A stretch of DNA of 64,000 bases from Chthoniobacteraceae bacterium. Its GTDB lineage: Bacteria > Verrucomicrobiota > Verrucomicrobiia > Chthoniobacterales > Chthoniobacteraceae. Within the stretch, counting starts at the first letter, position 1; every line of letters begins with the position of its first letter. Position numbers and translations under genes: made by a program. The stretch spans positions 32,001 to 96,000 of the forward strand of contig JBBCKI010000072.1 of assembly GCA_037190965.1 (NCBI GenBank), read 5' to 3'. The notes below the pieces were generated by a model that saw nothing but the letters and a program-made list of their open reading frames with translations, was not told where the DNA came from and ran no database searches. Shown here piece after piece: positions 30,009 through 40,794 of this stretch.

Positions 30009-31916
30009 CTAGATCCCGTTCCTCCTGCGGCGGAGCAGGAACGCTGCAAGAGCCGCGCTTCCGGTCAAAGCCCACGTCGTCGGTTCAGGCACCGCAGCCA
30101 GGATCGTATAACCGCCAAGATTATGGTAGCCGGTGTAGTTATACGCGTCGCCTTCGTTCAGGAAATAGAGCGCTTCGAAGCCGCCGGTGTCGGTCGTGAC
30201 CCAGGCATCGCCATCCCAAACCTGGAAAACTCCTTGACCAAGGAGAGTTGTCAGGTCGGAGCGGCGATCGCCATCCCACGCGAAAAAGCCGCCATCGAGG
30301 CGCAGGAGATTATTGGTGCCGCCATTCTGATTCATAACAAGGTTGCCGCCGAGGGAAAACAGCGCCTTGTCCGCGATCGTAATGGTATTGTCACTCCCGA
30401 AATTTCCGAAAGTCAGGTCCCCGGAGTTATTCCAGATGGAGCCCTCTCCGGTCACAACAACAGTATTATTCTTTGCATTGGCATTCGATTCACCGATGCC
30501 GGTGCTGCCGCTCTCCAAAAGGGCTCCACTTTCAACCTTCAGGCTTTGCCAGCTGGAGAAGCTTCCGACACTCAGGACCGTCGTGCTCCAGGAGGTTCCC
30601 TCTCCTTTTACCGTGACCGAGTGCCCGGTTCCCGAATAACCGACCGTTCCGGTTCCGCTCGTCACGGTAGCTCCGTTCTGGATGGTGATGGAGTTGGATG
30701 TCCCGGACCGTGCGCCAAGCTCACCGGAAAGAGTCACCTGAGTCCCCGGTCCCGTGATGAGAATCGAGTTGTTCACTGCCCTAGAGCCTCCTCCAGCACG
30801 AATAATGGCTCCGTCTACCGTAGCACCGTCTTGAATTGTCAATGTGTTGTTGGGCCCGGCCTCTCCCACTGTTACCGATCCGGTGAAGGAGGTGCCAGTG
30901 CCGGTAATGAGCATGGAGTTTGAAGAACCAAGCGTACCGCTGGCAATGAGGGTGGCGACGCTTGTGGAACTCACGACGACCGCCCCATCCTGGATGGTCA
31001 GGGAATTTCCTGTGCCGTGGCTACCGACCCGGAATCGACCGGTCGTGGTGATGCTGGAACCGGATCCACTCACCACGATCGAATTGCTGCTCCCCCTGAC
31101 GCCGTCATTCCCTCCACCAACGTAAATATCACTCGCGGAAGTCCAGGAACCGCCATCTTCGATAGTCAAGGAATTATTGTTCCCGAAAGCGCCGATTTGA
31201 TTGGCACCGTAATTGGTAGTTACCAAGGTAGAGCCGGAGCCTGAAATGAGGGCCGTATTGTTCTTCCCTCGACCGGCGGTATTGCTGTTGCCCCATCCAA
31301 CCACGAAAGACGAGAAAGTCACTGAGGCTCCATCCAGAATCTGCAACGAGTTCGAATCGCCCTCCTGCCCAATACTGGCATAAGTACCCGATAGAACCGT
31401 GCCGGATCCCTTCACCGTCACCGAATTACCGTTCGAACCCAGATTGTAACCGGCTGAAAGCCCTATATTGGAAGACACCAGCCCGAATCCGAAATACCCC
31501 CCATCCTCAACCGTCAAGGAGTTATTGCTCCCATTGTAGCCTATTAAAACGTTGCCGTTCCCCGCAAAACGGGAACCCTCCCCGGTAACCTTGAGCGAGT
31601 TTCCCCCGCTGGTCTGGTTATATCCGAGGCTCGCCAAACTGTCTCCCACCACGGCGGAGCCGTTGCGAATAATCAATTCATTGTAGGATGTGGTGCTTCC
31701 CGTTGTCATTGCGCCGGAAAAAGTTTTGGGAAACGCTTCCGTATCTCCAATGATATATTGTGCCTTGTCTACCTCTGTGCCTCCTGAATTCATAAGCTCT
31801 GGCACTGAGTTATCCACGCTGACAATTCCTGCATGGGCTGGAGTCATAATCGAAGACACCGCCAGGGAACTGAGAGCGAGGGTTACAGCAAAGGCACGAG
31901 AGGAAATTGAATTCAT
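30009..31916 (-). CDS. PEP-CTERM surface protein with Gly/Ser/Asn-rich beta repeats
   Basis: Signal peptide; repeated NSLTI.DG..V and V.G.GS units; C-terminal VPEPTTWAL, transmembrane helix and RRRR. Confidence 0.92.
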   Translation of the reverse strand: MNSISSRAFAVTLALSSLAVSSIMTPAHAGIVSVDNSVPELMNSGGTEVDKAQYIIGDTEAFPKTFSGAMTTGSTTSYNELIIRNGSAVVGDSLASLGYNQTSGGNSLKVTGEGSRFAGNGNVLIGYNGSNNSLTVEDGGYFGFGLVSSNIGLSAGYNLGSNGNSVTVKGSGTVLSGTYASIGQEGDSNSLQILDGASVTFSSFVVGWGNSNTAGRGKNNTALISGSGSTLVTTNYGANQIGAFGNNNSLTIEDGGSWTSASDIYVGGGNDGVRGSSNSIVVSGSGSSITTTGRFRVGSHGTGNSLTIQDGAVVVSSTSVATLIASGTLGSSNSMLITGTGTSFTGSVTVGEAGPNNTLTIQDGATVDGAIIRAGGGSRAVNNSILITGPGTQVTLSGELGARSGTSNSITIQNGATVTSGTGTVGYSGTGHSVTVKGEGTSWSTTVLSVGSFSSWQSLKVESGALLESGSTGIGESNANAKNNTVVVTGEGSIWNNSGDLTFGNFGSDNTITIADKALFSLGGNLVMNQNGGTNNLLRLDGGFFAWDGDRRSDLTTLLGQGVFQVWDGDAWVTTDTGGFEALYFLNEGDAYNYTGYHNLGGYTILAAVPEPTTWALTGSAALAAFLLRRRRNGI

Positions 31917-32172
31917 AGTCACTGAGAAACTCTCAGATTTTAGAAAACTGCGCCGCGTGGGGAAGAAAATTCCGGCATGCCTCTGGGGATGGTGTATCGA
32001 AGCATTTGCAAGTTCTTGATATCGAGCATCTTGCATTCGAGGTGGCAAGAATACGTAATATTACTTAGTTGGCTTGGATGGTCTGCTCTGCCGCCTGGCG
32101 GACGGTGAATACCTCCGGATCAGGTTGTGTCCACGATTTAGTTGCCTTTTGGCAATTCGTGACTTGGACGAC

Positions 32173-34119
32173 TTACACCGTCTTGGCCGCAAGCGCTTCC
32201 CATTCCGCCGTGAGGCGTTCGAGGTCCTCGGCGATGGAGAGGAGATCGCGATTGAGTTGCATGGCGTTCCCGCCGGGGGCATAGCTCTCGGGTTTCTCCA
32301 GTTCGGCGGTCAACTCCCGTTGGCGGCCTTCGTGGTGAAGGATCTGCATCTCCAGTGCCTGCACACGCTTCTCGTGCTCGCGCTTGGCGGCGGCGACGGC
32401 TTTGCGCTGTTCGGCTTCCGCGCGTTTCTGTTGCCGGGTTTCGCGCATCGAGAGGCCCGGGGCGTCGGTCTCCTCAGTTTTCGCCGCGCTCGGTTTCTCG
32501 TCCGGCTGGGCGTTGGAAAGTTTCTCCCCGGCGGTCAGGGCCGAGCGCGCGGATCCGGCGCGCGTTTTGTCGAGGTAATACTGGTAGTCGCCCGCATAGG
32601 GGGTCAGCCGCCCTGCGCTGATGTGGAGCACGGTCCGCGCGATCGACCGGATGAAATGGACGTCGTGGCTGATGAAGATCAGCGTTCCCTCATACTGCTG
32701 GAGCGCGCCGATGAGCGCGTCGATGGAGCCGACATCGAGGTGCGTGGTCGGCTCGTCCATGAGGAGGAGGTTTGGGGGATCGAGCAGCAGCTTCACGAGC
32801 GCGAGGCGCGTTTTCTCTCCGCCGCTCAGGACGGCCACCGGCTTGAAGACATCGTCGCCCCGGAAGAGGAAGGAGCCGAGCACCGTGCGGGCGGTCTGTT
32901 CGGAGGGCGGGTTGGCCATCTCCTGCACGCTTTCCAAAACGGTATGCCGGGGGTCGAGCATTTCGACCCGGTACTGCGAGAAGTAGCCGACTTTTACATT
33001 ATGCCCCAGCGTTCGTTCTCCGTTCTGTAGGGCAAGCGTTCCGGCGAGTAGTTTGAGAAGCGTCGATTTGCCCGCGCCGTTGGGGCCGACGAGGACCGTT
33101 CGCTGGCCGCGTTCCGCCTCGAAGTTCAATCCTTTGTAGACGGTCAGGTCGCCATAGGCGTGGTCGACGTCTTTGAGTGTAATGGCGCGAACGCCGCTGC
33201 GGGGCGGCTGGGGGAAGCTGAAGTGGACGGTCTTCTGCGCGGCAAGGGGAGCCTCGATCTTCTCCATCCGGTCGATCTGCTTGAGCTTGCTCTGCGCCTG
33301 GGAGGCCTTGCTCGCCTTGGCGCGAAAGCGGTCGGCAAACCGTTGGAGCGTCTCGATCTCTTTCTGCTGGTTTTTGTACGCGGCGAGATGCTGCTCCTCG
33401 CGGGCGGCTTTTTCGGCGACGTACTTGTCCCAGTTGCCCCGGTAGCGGTTGAGCTTGCGGTGCGCGATCTCGACAATTGAACCGACGAGCGCGTTGAGGA
33501 ACTCGCGGTCGTGGGAAATCATGAGGATCGCCCCCGGATAGCTTGCGAGGTACTCCTGAAACCAGACGAGCGATTCGAGGTCGAGGTGGTTGGTCGGTTC
33601 GTCGAGCAGCAGGAGGTCGGGCTCCTGCACCAGGAGCCGCGCTAGATGTGCCCGCATGATCCAGCCGCCGCTCAACGCACGGGCGGGGCGGTCGAAATCC
33701 GAGGTGCGAAAGGCGAGGCCTGCAAGAATCCGCTTGGCCTTCGGCTCCAGTTGCCAGCCGCCGTGCTCATCGAACACGGCGAGCGCTTCGTGGTGTTCGG
33801 GCGAGTCATCGGGCGTCGTTTTCAGGGTGCGTTGCGCCTTGGCCAGTGCCGGGTGAATGGCCATGGCCAGTTCCAGCACCGTTTCTTCACCGACCGGGGC
33901 GCTTTCCTGCGGCAGAAAGCCAAGGGTGGCGGCGCGTTCCATGGAGACGCGCCCCTCGTCCGGCGAGGCTTCTCCCAGGATCAACGAGAAGAGGGTCGAT
34001 TTGCCCGCGCCGTTGGGACCGACAAGGCCCACCCTGTCGCCACGGTTCACCTGAAGGGAGGCATTCTCGAAAAGAACGCGCCCACCGAAACTCTTGCTGA
34101 CCTGAGAAATTGTAAGCAT
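32173..34119 (-). CDS. ABC-F family ATPase
   Basis: Two ABC domains (GPNGAGKST, LSGG, DEPT), no transmembrane segments, C-terminal coiled coil. Confidence 0.95.
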   Translation of the reverse strand: MLTISQVSKSFGGRVLFENASLQVNRGDRVGLVGPNGAGKSTLFSLILGEASPDEGRVSMERAATLGFLPQESAPVGEETVLELAMAIHPALAKAQRTLKTTPDDSPEHHEALAVFDEHGGWQLEPKAKRILAGLAFRTSDFDRPARALSGGWIMRAHLARLLVQEPDLLLLDEPTNHLDLESLVWFQEYLASYPGAILMISHDREFLNALVGSIVEIAHRKLNRYRGNWDKYVAEKAAREEQHLAAYKNQQKEIETLQRFADRFRAKASKASQAQSKLKQIDRMEKIEAPLAAQKTVHFSFPQPPRSGVRAITLKDVDHAYGDLTVYKGLNFEAERGQRTVLVGPNGAGKSTLLKLLAGTLALQNGERTLGHNVKVGYFSQYRVEMLDPRHTVLESVQEMANPPSEQTARTVLGSFLFRGDDVFKPVAVLSGGEKTRLALVKLLLDPPNLLLMDEPTTHLDVGSIDALIGALQQYEGTLIFISHDVHFIRSIARTVLHISAGRLTPYAGDYQYYLDKTRAGSARSALTAGEKLSNAQPDEKPSAAKTEETDAPGLSMRETRQQKRAEAEQRKAVAAAKREHEKRVQALEMQILHHEGRQRELTAELEKPESYAPGGNAMQLNRDLLSIAEDLERLTAEWEALAAKTV

Positions 34120-34168
34120 CGCGAAAGGCGATGACTCTCGCGAGGATGAGCTTCGGGCGCAAGCCCCA

Positions 34169-35857
34169 TCAGCGATTCCTTGATGAGCTGCTCGTTTCCA
34201 GCAATGGGGCCAGCGACCCGTAGAGAAGACTCTCGTAGATCGCGTAGTAAACCGGCGAATCTTCGCTTCGGGCCAGCATGGTTTCCAGCACATTGCGGGC
34301 AAGCGCCTGTTTGCCCTGGGCGATGTAGCAGGCGGCGATGGTCAGCCCTGCCTGCTGGTTGTAGCCGTCGCAGGCTTTGAGGTCGTCAGCGGCCATTTTC
34401 CAGGAGGTCGTGCCGCCAAGGACGGCTTGGGCGGTCTTGTAGGCGGGCCGGTCGCTCTTGTATTCGAGGAATGACTTGAGGAGCGCCGCCGTCTGCGCGG
34501 TGTCGCGCCCGCGCGCCGCACAAAGAAACAGCGTCGCCCGCCCGGTCAAATTCCAGGGTCTCATGGTGTCGAACCGTTTCGCCGCCTCTGCGGCAAGTTT
34601 CCATTCTCCCACCAGGGGGGCAATCCGCGCCGTGCCGCAAAGGTCATCGGCGTGAGCTGTGGCCGGGTCGAGATCGAGGTCGCTATGAACGGTGATGGCT
34701 TGATATTTCTCCTTCATCCCATGCTTGAGATAGAACATCTCCAGCCATGGGTTGGTGCTTGGGTCGCCGGTGAAAGAGCCGTAGGTTTCTTCGGCTTCCT
34801 TCAGACTGCCTGAACGCTCCAGAGCTCGGGCTGCCGCGATTTTGGCTCCGGCTCCTGACCGGTTGCGGAGACGGACGAATTCTCTCTCCCGGCCAAAATA
34901 GTCCGGGTTGTAACGCGGGCCGAGCTCCAGAAAGAGCCGGGTTGCCGTTTCATTGTCTCCTTTCCGGGCGGCGAGATGGCACAGACTGCTCAACGCGCGG
35001 AACCGGGTGTGTTTGTCATTGGACTTCATCCCGAACTCGAACCCCCGCCGGACGCGATCATAGTCGGCCATGGAATCATCGAAGAACTCATCTCCAAAAT
35101 CCTGGGCTTTCAACTGGATCAACCCCGCATAAAGCAAGTCACCTTGCGCGTCGGGGAAATGGTCTGCAGCATCAGCGGCGAAGGTTTCGAGATCGTCGTG
35201 GTCTCCGCGCCACTTCGGCAGCAGAAAGTAGCCTTTGCTGTTGTAGAGAGGATAATACTCCCGGGCGACGGCGGCCCCCTTTTCGAAATATCGGTTCATC
35301 TGGGAGAAGCTCCAGCTCTGCCCGAGGGCGACCGTGAGCCATATCCGGAAATATTCGGGGTCATCCACCTTGTTGGCATCGATGCTGGTCAATACCTCTT
35401 CGGCTTTATCGAGGCGGTCGCTCATCTGCTTCCATCCCTCTTCGGTGACGGTGCTTGCCCACCCGTACCCGCGGGCTTCCCAGGCATAGTCGGTCCACCA
35501 GTCCGCCAGCGCGGTGCGGGCAGCGGAAGATTCCGGGACCGCCGCCGCCCATTTCTCCAGATCTTCCCGGCGCTTCCCCCATCGATCCTTGCCGGCGCCC
35601 TTCTGCAACGAAAAGGCCCTGTAGAAGGCGGAGAGCTCTGTGTTCGTATCGTCGAGCCGATAACCTTTGGCCTTGATGGATGCTACGAGCGATTCCAGAC
35701 CCGCGTAGTCCGCATTCTTCAAAAGGGCTGCGGCCCTGCCTTGGGCGGCATCGCGTATTTCCTGGCTTGCCGCGGAGGCGCCGACCGGCAGATGCATCGC
35801 CACAACGAGCGCAATGGCTCGAAGCGTGGAGGTAAAAGCGCTCTTTAGAAATTCCAT
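34169..35857 (-). CDS. Exported DUF4034-like helical protein
   Basis: Signal peptide; YAWEARGYGWA and YFLLPKWRG motifs. Confidence 0.7.
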   Translation of the reverse strand: MEFLKSAFTSTLRAIALVVAMHLPVGASAASQEIRDAAQGRAAALLKNADYAGLESLVASIKAKGYRLDDTNTELSAFYRAFSLQKGAGKDRWGKRREDLEKWAAAVPESSAARTALADWWTDYAWEARGYGWASTVTEEGWKQMSDRLDKAEEVLTSIDANKVDDPEYFRIWLTVALGQSWSFSQMNRYFEKGAAVAREYYPLYNSKGYFLLPKWRGDHDDLETFAADAADHFPDAQGDLLYAGLIQLKAQDFGDEFFDDSMADYDRVRRGFEFGMKSNDKHTRFRALSSLCHLAARKGDNETATRLFLELGPRYNPDYFGREREFVRLRNRSGAGAKIAAARALERSGSLKEAEETYGSFTGDPSTNPWLEMFYLKHGMKEKYQAITVHSDLDLDPATAHADDLCGTARIAPLVGEWKLAAEAAKRFDTMRPWNLTGRATLFLCAARGRDTAQTAALLKSFLEYKSDRPAYKTAQAVLGGTTSWKMAADDLKACDGYNQQAGLTIAACYIAQGKQALARNVLETMLARSEDSPVYYAIYESLLYGSLAPLLETSSSSRNR

Positions 35858-36237
35858 GCGTTTTTCTCTATAAATGATACCGCAAAAATGATAAACCATT
35901 AATGAGAGGGGAAGCGATTGCTGCCAAGCTCACGAAACCGGGGGTGGAATAGGGATTCAGGGGCAAAATTCGTGAAAAATGGGGATTTTTTTGGAATGCG
36001 TAAAAAGGGAGGTCGCCACAGGTTTGGGGTGAGCTTCACTGGGATCGCAGGAACGTCCGGCGGATAAAAACCCGTGAGGAGGCGAGCGATTGAGGCCGTA
36101 AACGGTGGAATGACGAAAAAATTTTGAGAGAATTGTCAGTTCTTTCGGGTTATCTCCCGTAATAAATGGCTCTCTGCCAGAAAGAAGGAAAAGTTCGAGG
36201 TTCATCTTTTCCCGGGTAGGCGTATGGGCAGTTTTCG

Positions 36238-36267
36238 TTGACGCGGATAAGGGAAGATTGTTAGAAC
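36238..36267 (+). promoter_or_regulatory. Putative sigma70 promoter for the autotransporter
   Basis: TTGACG, 18 nt, then TAGAAC with an upstream TG; followed by hairpin GCTTTTATC/GATAAAAGC at 36276-36299. Confidence 0.45.
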
Positions 36268-36371
36268 GCGTCCCGGCTTTTATCGAAAAAGATAAAAGCA
36301 AGCACTTGAAACTTGGGAACCCTCGCCGTCGCAGAGGAAAAGCACGGCTTAAAAAATCCGAATATCTGCAC

Positions 36372-39300
36372 ATGAACAACGGAACACGCCTCTTTAAACA
36401 AACCGCCCTACAGGCAAGGGCCCGCTCTGCGGGTCGCGCGTTGGGTAGTACACTTTCTGCCGCGGTGCTTGCCTCCGCAATGATGGCGGGAAGCTCGGCC
36501 TTTGCCGCCGACATCGTCGTTGATAATCCTGCCAGCCCGTTGGTTCTGACCAATTCAGAACAGATCAACATCGAGAACGTTTATCTTCAAAACGGTGCTG
36601 AAATTCAGGGAAACGGTACCGCCGATATTCTCGCCAGCGGAACCTTCGCGCTGGAGAGCGGCAGCGTTCTTCAGGTAGGTCTCGGTGGAACTGCCGGGCT
36701 TGAGAAAACGACAGCAGGATGGGTTACGCTGACAGGGTCGAATTCCTATACCGGCACCACGGAAGTCTTTGGAGGGACCTTGCAGATCGGTGACGGGGTT
36801 ACCGGCTCGCTCAATAGCGCCAGCGCGGTCAATATCCGCATCAACGCGCGCGTTGAACTGAACCTCGCTTCAGGCAGCACTTTTGCCAACAACGTTTACA
36901 TCGAGAAAGTAGGCGGGGACTTCGGGAATTTCGTGGTGAATTCCTCGGGAACCACGACGATTTCCGGAGTAATCTCCGGCGGCGGCGGCTTCTTTCAGTT
37001 GAACTCTGACGGTCACACGATCCTGACCGGCGAGAATACCTCCACTGGCGCGTATGGTGTCGAGGGGGGGACATTGCAGATTGGCGACGGAACCACAGGC
37101 TCGATCAGCTCCGCTGCCTCTGTTTATATTCATGACTCTGCTCAGCTCCTGATCAACCTCGCGGACAACGGGGTTTTCGCTAATGACATCGGCAACGGTG
37201 GCTTGCTTCAGACGATCGCCAACGGGACCAATACTCTCGCGGGAGCGATTTCCGGCACGGGCGCATTTATACAGTCCGGGTCCGGTACCACGATCCTCAC
37301 CGGGACAAACACCTACACGGGATATACCGCAGTTAGTTCCGGCACGCTCCAGATCGGTGACGGCGTCAGCGGGTCGATCAATGATTTGAGCGACGTCTAT
37401 GTGGAAGAGGCCGGCTCGCTGGTTCTCCACCTGCGTAACGACGGCATCTTCGGTAGCGACGTTTACAATGATGGCAAGGTCTTCACCTCTGCCTCCGGCA
37501 CCAACACGGTCTCCGGCGTCATCAGCGGTACGGGTTCTCTGACCCAGAACGGCAATGGAGTTACAATCCTCGACAACCAGAACACTTACAGCGGTGCCAC
37601 CTCGGTGCTGAGCGGCACGTTGAAGGCAGGCGCTGATTACGCCATCTCCTACGAATCCGCGGTTTCGGTTGACGCAGGAAGCACCCTCGACTTGCGGTAT
37701 ACCGACCAGGAGATCGGCTCCCTGTCCGACGGCGAGAACGGCGGCGGGACCGTCCGGATCCGCCGTGGCGAACTCAGGACCGGCTACGACAACACCGACA
37801 CCACCTTCAGCGGTTCCATCACCGGCTGGCGCGGTCGGTTGGTCAAGACCGGCAATGGTACCTTTACGCTTACCGGGGCCAATACCTACACCGGCAGCAC
37901 GGTTGTTGCCTCCGGCACGTTGCAGATCGGCGACGGCGTCAGTGGTTCGATCAGCGCCCAGTCCCGCGTCTACATCGACAGTGACGCCAGCTTGGTGCTG
38001 AATCTCGCTGACGGCAGCGAGTTCGAAAACCGCATCCGTAACCGGGGCTCGATCTTCTCGATTGCCGACGGAACGACGACGATCTCCGGGCGCATCAGCC
38101 GCGGCGGCGACTTCTACCAGGCCGGTACCGGAACGACGATCCTCACCGCCAACAACACCTACTGGGGGAATACCTACGTTCAGAGTGGCACTCTTCAGAT
38201 TGGTGATGGATCGACTTACGGGTCCGGCATCTCCAATTCGGAATACGTTCAGGTTGACGCGAATGCAACGCTCGCCATCAAGCTTGCTCATAACGACGAG
38301 TTCAACAACGATGTGACCAACAACGGCACAGTCCGTTCCATCGTTGGCGAAGTGGAAATCGTTCCAGATGACTGGGTTCCCGCGGTCAATAACATCTCGG
38401 GCCAGATTGTTGGCACGGGTGGATTCATCAAAGAAGGCAAAGGAACGACGGTCTTTACCAACGCATACAATGATGATCCCTCGTATGATACCGCGCATTA
38501 CTACGCAGGGGATACCGAGATCCGTGAAGGGACGTTGAAGACGGACGGGTTGTGGAACCTCAGCATCTATTCCAAGCATAACGTTTCAGAAGACGCCGTG
38601 CTGGATCTGAACGGGTATAATCAGAATATCCGGGCGCTGACTGGCGCCGGTCGTGTGGAGAATATCGATGGCGATCTCTACATCGGGTATTTGTATGACT
38701 TCGACGAAGAGGACTGGGTGATCGGGGAGTCGAGCGATTATGGTGTGTTCGACGGCGTCCTGGCCGGATCGGGAAATATCTATAAAGGCGGTTACGGCCT
38801 CTGGGCTCTCAACGGGGAGAACACCTTCGACGGTTACCTGGAGAATAATGCGGGGGCGATCGCGCTCAATGGCTCCATTGAGGCGCAGGTTGACAACAAC
38901 GCCTTCTTCTTCGGAAACGGCTATGTCGGTGGTGGCTTCCACAACCATGGAGAACTGATTGCGCTCGATTACGAGACCGGTAATCCGGGAACTCTTACCA
39001 TCGGTGAAAACTTCGAACAATTCGACGACTCCATCTACTACGTTGCGGTCAAGTCGGCGAAGAACCACAGCAAGGTCGAAGTGCTTGGAGAAGCTCATCT
39101 CGACGGCACTGTCGTTCTGACTTCGTTTTCCAAATACAAGCCCAAGCGCGACGACAAGTTGACGATCCTCACCGCTGACGATGGCGTCGAAGGTAAGTTC
39201 GACAAGCTCGAGAGCCGGCTGCAGAAAACGATGCTCAAGCCGAAGCTCGTCTATAAAGACGACAAGGTTATCGTCGAATTCCAGCAGCGGAAGTTCGCGA

Positions 39301-40517
39301 GCCTCTCGGGCCTCACGCCGAACCAGAAGGCAGTCGCTCGCGCCCTCGACAAGGACTCGAACCGGAAGAGCCTCAACAAGCTGTTCGACAAGCTTAACGA
39401 CCTCGATTTCGACGACGTCCCCGGCGTTCTGGCAAAACTCTCGCCTGAGCAGTTCGCGGCGATCTTCAACATCGGGTTTGCAACCTCTCAGTTGCAGTTC
39501 ACCAACATCGAGCGCCGCCTCGACGACGTCCGCCGTGGTAAGGCTGGCTTCAGCACGAACGGCCTCGCGTTGAGCAACTCGCATGGCACGCTCAATTACG
39601 ACGGCATGCCGATCGTCAACGAGAAGAACGGCCTGACCCTCGCGGGCTGGGACGGCAAGAGCGTCGTCGGCAAGCAGACGGTGGCCCCGGTCATCTCTGA
39701 GAGCCGCTGGAGCTTCTTCGCAACCGGCAGCGGCGAATGGGCGGACGTGGAATCCACCCGCAATGCTCGCGGTTCCGACTTCCGTACGGGCGGCGTGAAC
39801 ATCGGTGCGGACTACCGCGTCAACGAGAACCTCGTTCTCGGTATCACGGCGGGTTACACGAATACGACCTCGGACCTGTTTGACGGCGGCAAGATCGACG
39901 TCAACAGCGGACGCGGCGCGGTCTACGGCACCTGGTTCAACGATGGGTTCTACGTGAACGCCCTCGCGGGCGGCGCGTACAACTCGTACGACACCAAGCG
40001 CTCGACCTTCGGCGGCAAGGCTCATGCGAGCCCCAACGGCGGTGAGTTCGACGCGTTGCTGGGTGGTGGTTACGACTTCTGCGTCGGCGGGTTGACCGTC
40101 GGGCCGATCGCTTCGTTGCAGTACACCTACCTCGGGCTGAGCAGCTTCAATGAATCGGGTTCCGATGCACCGCTGCACTTCCGCTCGCAGCATCAGGATT
40201 CGTTGAAATCCACCCTCGGTCTGAAGGCGGCTTACACCTTCAATATCGGGAGTGTGGCGATTACGCCGGAAGTTCGCGCTCAGTGGGTGCACGAGTACCT
40301 CGACAGCACCGCTGCGGTTGAATCCAGCTTCGCTTCGGGTGGCAGCACGTTCACGGTGAACGGCCCGAACATCGGTCGCAATGGGGTCCTGATCGACGCG
40401 GGTGTTTCCGCCCAGATCACCCAGGGCGTCTCGGTGTTCGCTTACTACACCGGTGATTACGGCCGCACGAATTACACTTCCAATAGTGTGAACGGCGGTT
40501 TCCGGATCAACTTCTAA
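36372..40517 (+). CDS. Autotransporter with passenger-associated (PATR) repeats and C-terminal beta-barrel
   Basis: Repeated G.GTT.LTG.NTYTG.T.V..GTLQIGDG units; LTPNQKAVA linker; barrel ending GGFRINF. Confidence 0.94.
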   Translation: MNNGTRLFKQTALQARARSAGRALGSTLSAAVLASAMMAGSSAFAADIVVDNPASPLVLTNSEQINIENVYLQNGAEIQGNGTADILASGTFALESGSVLQVGLGGTAGLEKTTAGWVTLTGSNSYTGTTEVFGGTLQIGDGVTGSLNSASAVNIRINARVELNLASGSTFANNVYIEKVGGDFGNFVVNSSGTTTISGVISGGGGFFQLNSDGHTILTGENTSTGAYGVEGGTLQIGDGTTGSISSAASVYIHDSAQLLINLADNGVFANDIGNGGLLQTIANGTNTLAGAISGTGAFIQSGSGTTILTGTNTYTGYTAVSSGTLQIGDGVSGSINDLSDVYVEEAGSLVLHLRNDGIFGSDVYNDGKVFTSASGTNTVSGVISGTGSLTQNGNGVTILDNQNTYSGATSVLSGTLKAGADYAISYESAVSVDAGSTLDLRYTDQEIGSLSDGENGGGTVRIRRGELRTGYDNTDTTFSGSITGWRGRLVKTGNGTFTLTGANTYTGSTVVASGTLQIGDGVSGSISAQSRVYIDSDASLVLNLADGSEFENRIRNRGSIFSIADGTTTISGRISRGGDFYQAGTGTTILTANNTYWGNTYVQSGTLQIGDGSTYGSGISNSEYVQVDANATLAIKLAHNDEFNNDVTNNGTVRSIVGEVEIVPDDWVPAVNNISGQIVGTGGFIKEGKGTTVFTNAYNDDPSYDTAHYYAGDTEIREGTLKTDGLWNLSIYSKHNVSEDAVLDLNGYNQNIRALTGAGRVENIDGDLYIGYLYDFDEEDWVIGESSDYGVFDGVLAGSGNIYKGGYGLWALNGENTFDGYLENNAGAIALNGSIEAQVDNNAFFFGNGYVGGGFHNHGELIALDYETGNPGTLTIGENFEQFDDSIYYVAVKSAKNHSKVEVLGEAHLDGTVVLTSFSKYKPKRDDKLTILTADDGVEGKFDKLESRLQKTMLKPKLVYKDDKVIVEFQQRKFASLSGLTPNQKAVARALDKDSNRKSLNKLFDKLNDLDFDDVPGVLAKLSPEQFAAIFNIGFATSQLQFTNIERRLDDVRRGKAGFSTNGLALSNSHGTLNYDGMPIVNEKNGLTLAGWDGKSVVGKQTVAPVISESRWSFFATGSGEWADVESTRNARGSDFRTGGVNIGADYRVNENLVLGITAGYTNTTSDLFDGGKIDVNSGRGAVYGTWFNDGFYVNALAGGAYNSYDTKRSTFGGKAHASPNGGEFDALLGGGYDFCVGGLTVGPIASLQYTYLGLSSFNESGSDAPLHFRSQHQDSLKSTLGLKAAYTFNIGSVAITPEVRAQWVHEYLDSTAAVESSFASGGSTFTVNGPNIGRNGVLIDAGVSAQITQGVSVFAYYTGDYGRTNYTSNSVNGGFRINF

Positions 40518-40548
40518 GCGAAGAAATCCCTGTTGGTTGATTGTTGTG

Positions 40549-40586
40549 AAGTCCCGCCCCTTTAACCGGGGGCGGGGCTTTTTTTT
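40549..40586 (+). terminator. Rho-independent terminator
   Basis: GTCCCGCCCC/GGGGCGGGGC stem followed by eight T. Confidence 0.88.
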
Positions 40587-40794
40587 ATCCCGGATTGCGG
40601 AAATCCGGAGCGCCCGGTGGACCGTATTCGCCGGAAAGCACGGTATCGGCTTCCAGCGCCGCTCCAAATTCCGAGTTGCCCGTACGCATCGGAGGCGATA
40701 GGTTCGCGCCCCATTTCGTCGGATCCGCCTCTTCTCCCGATTGAGAGAGGATGTTTTCCGGCATATCTCGCGCGCTATTCACTTCCGAGACAAA

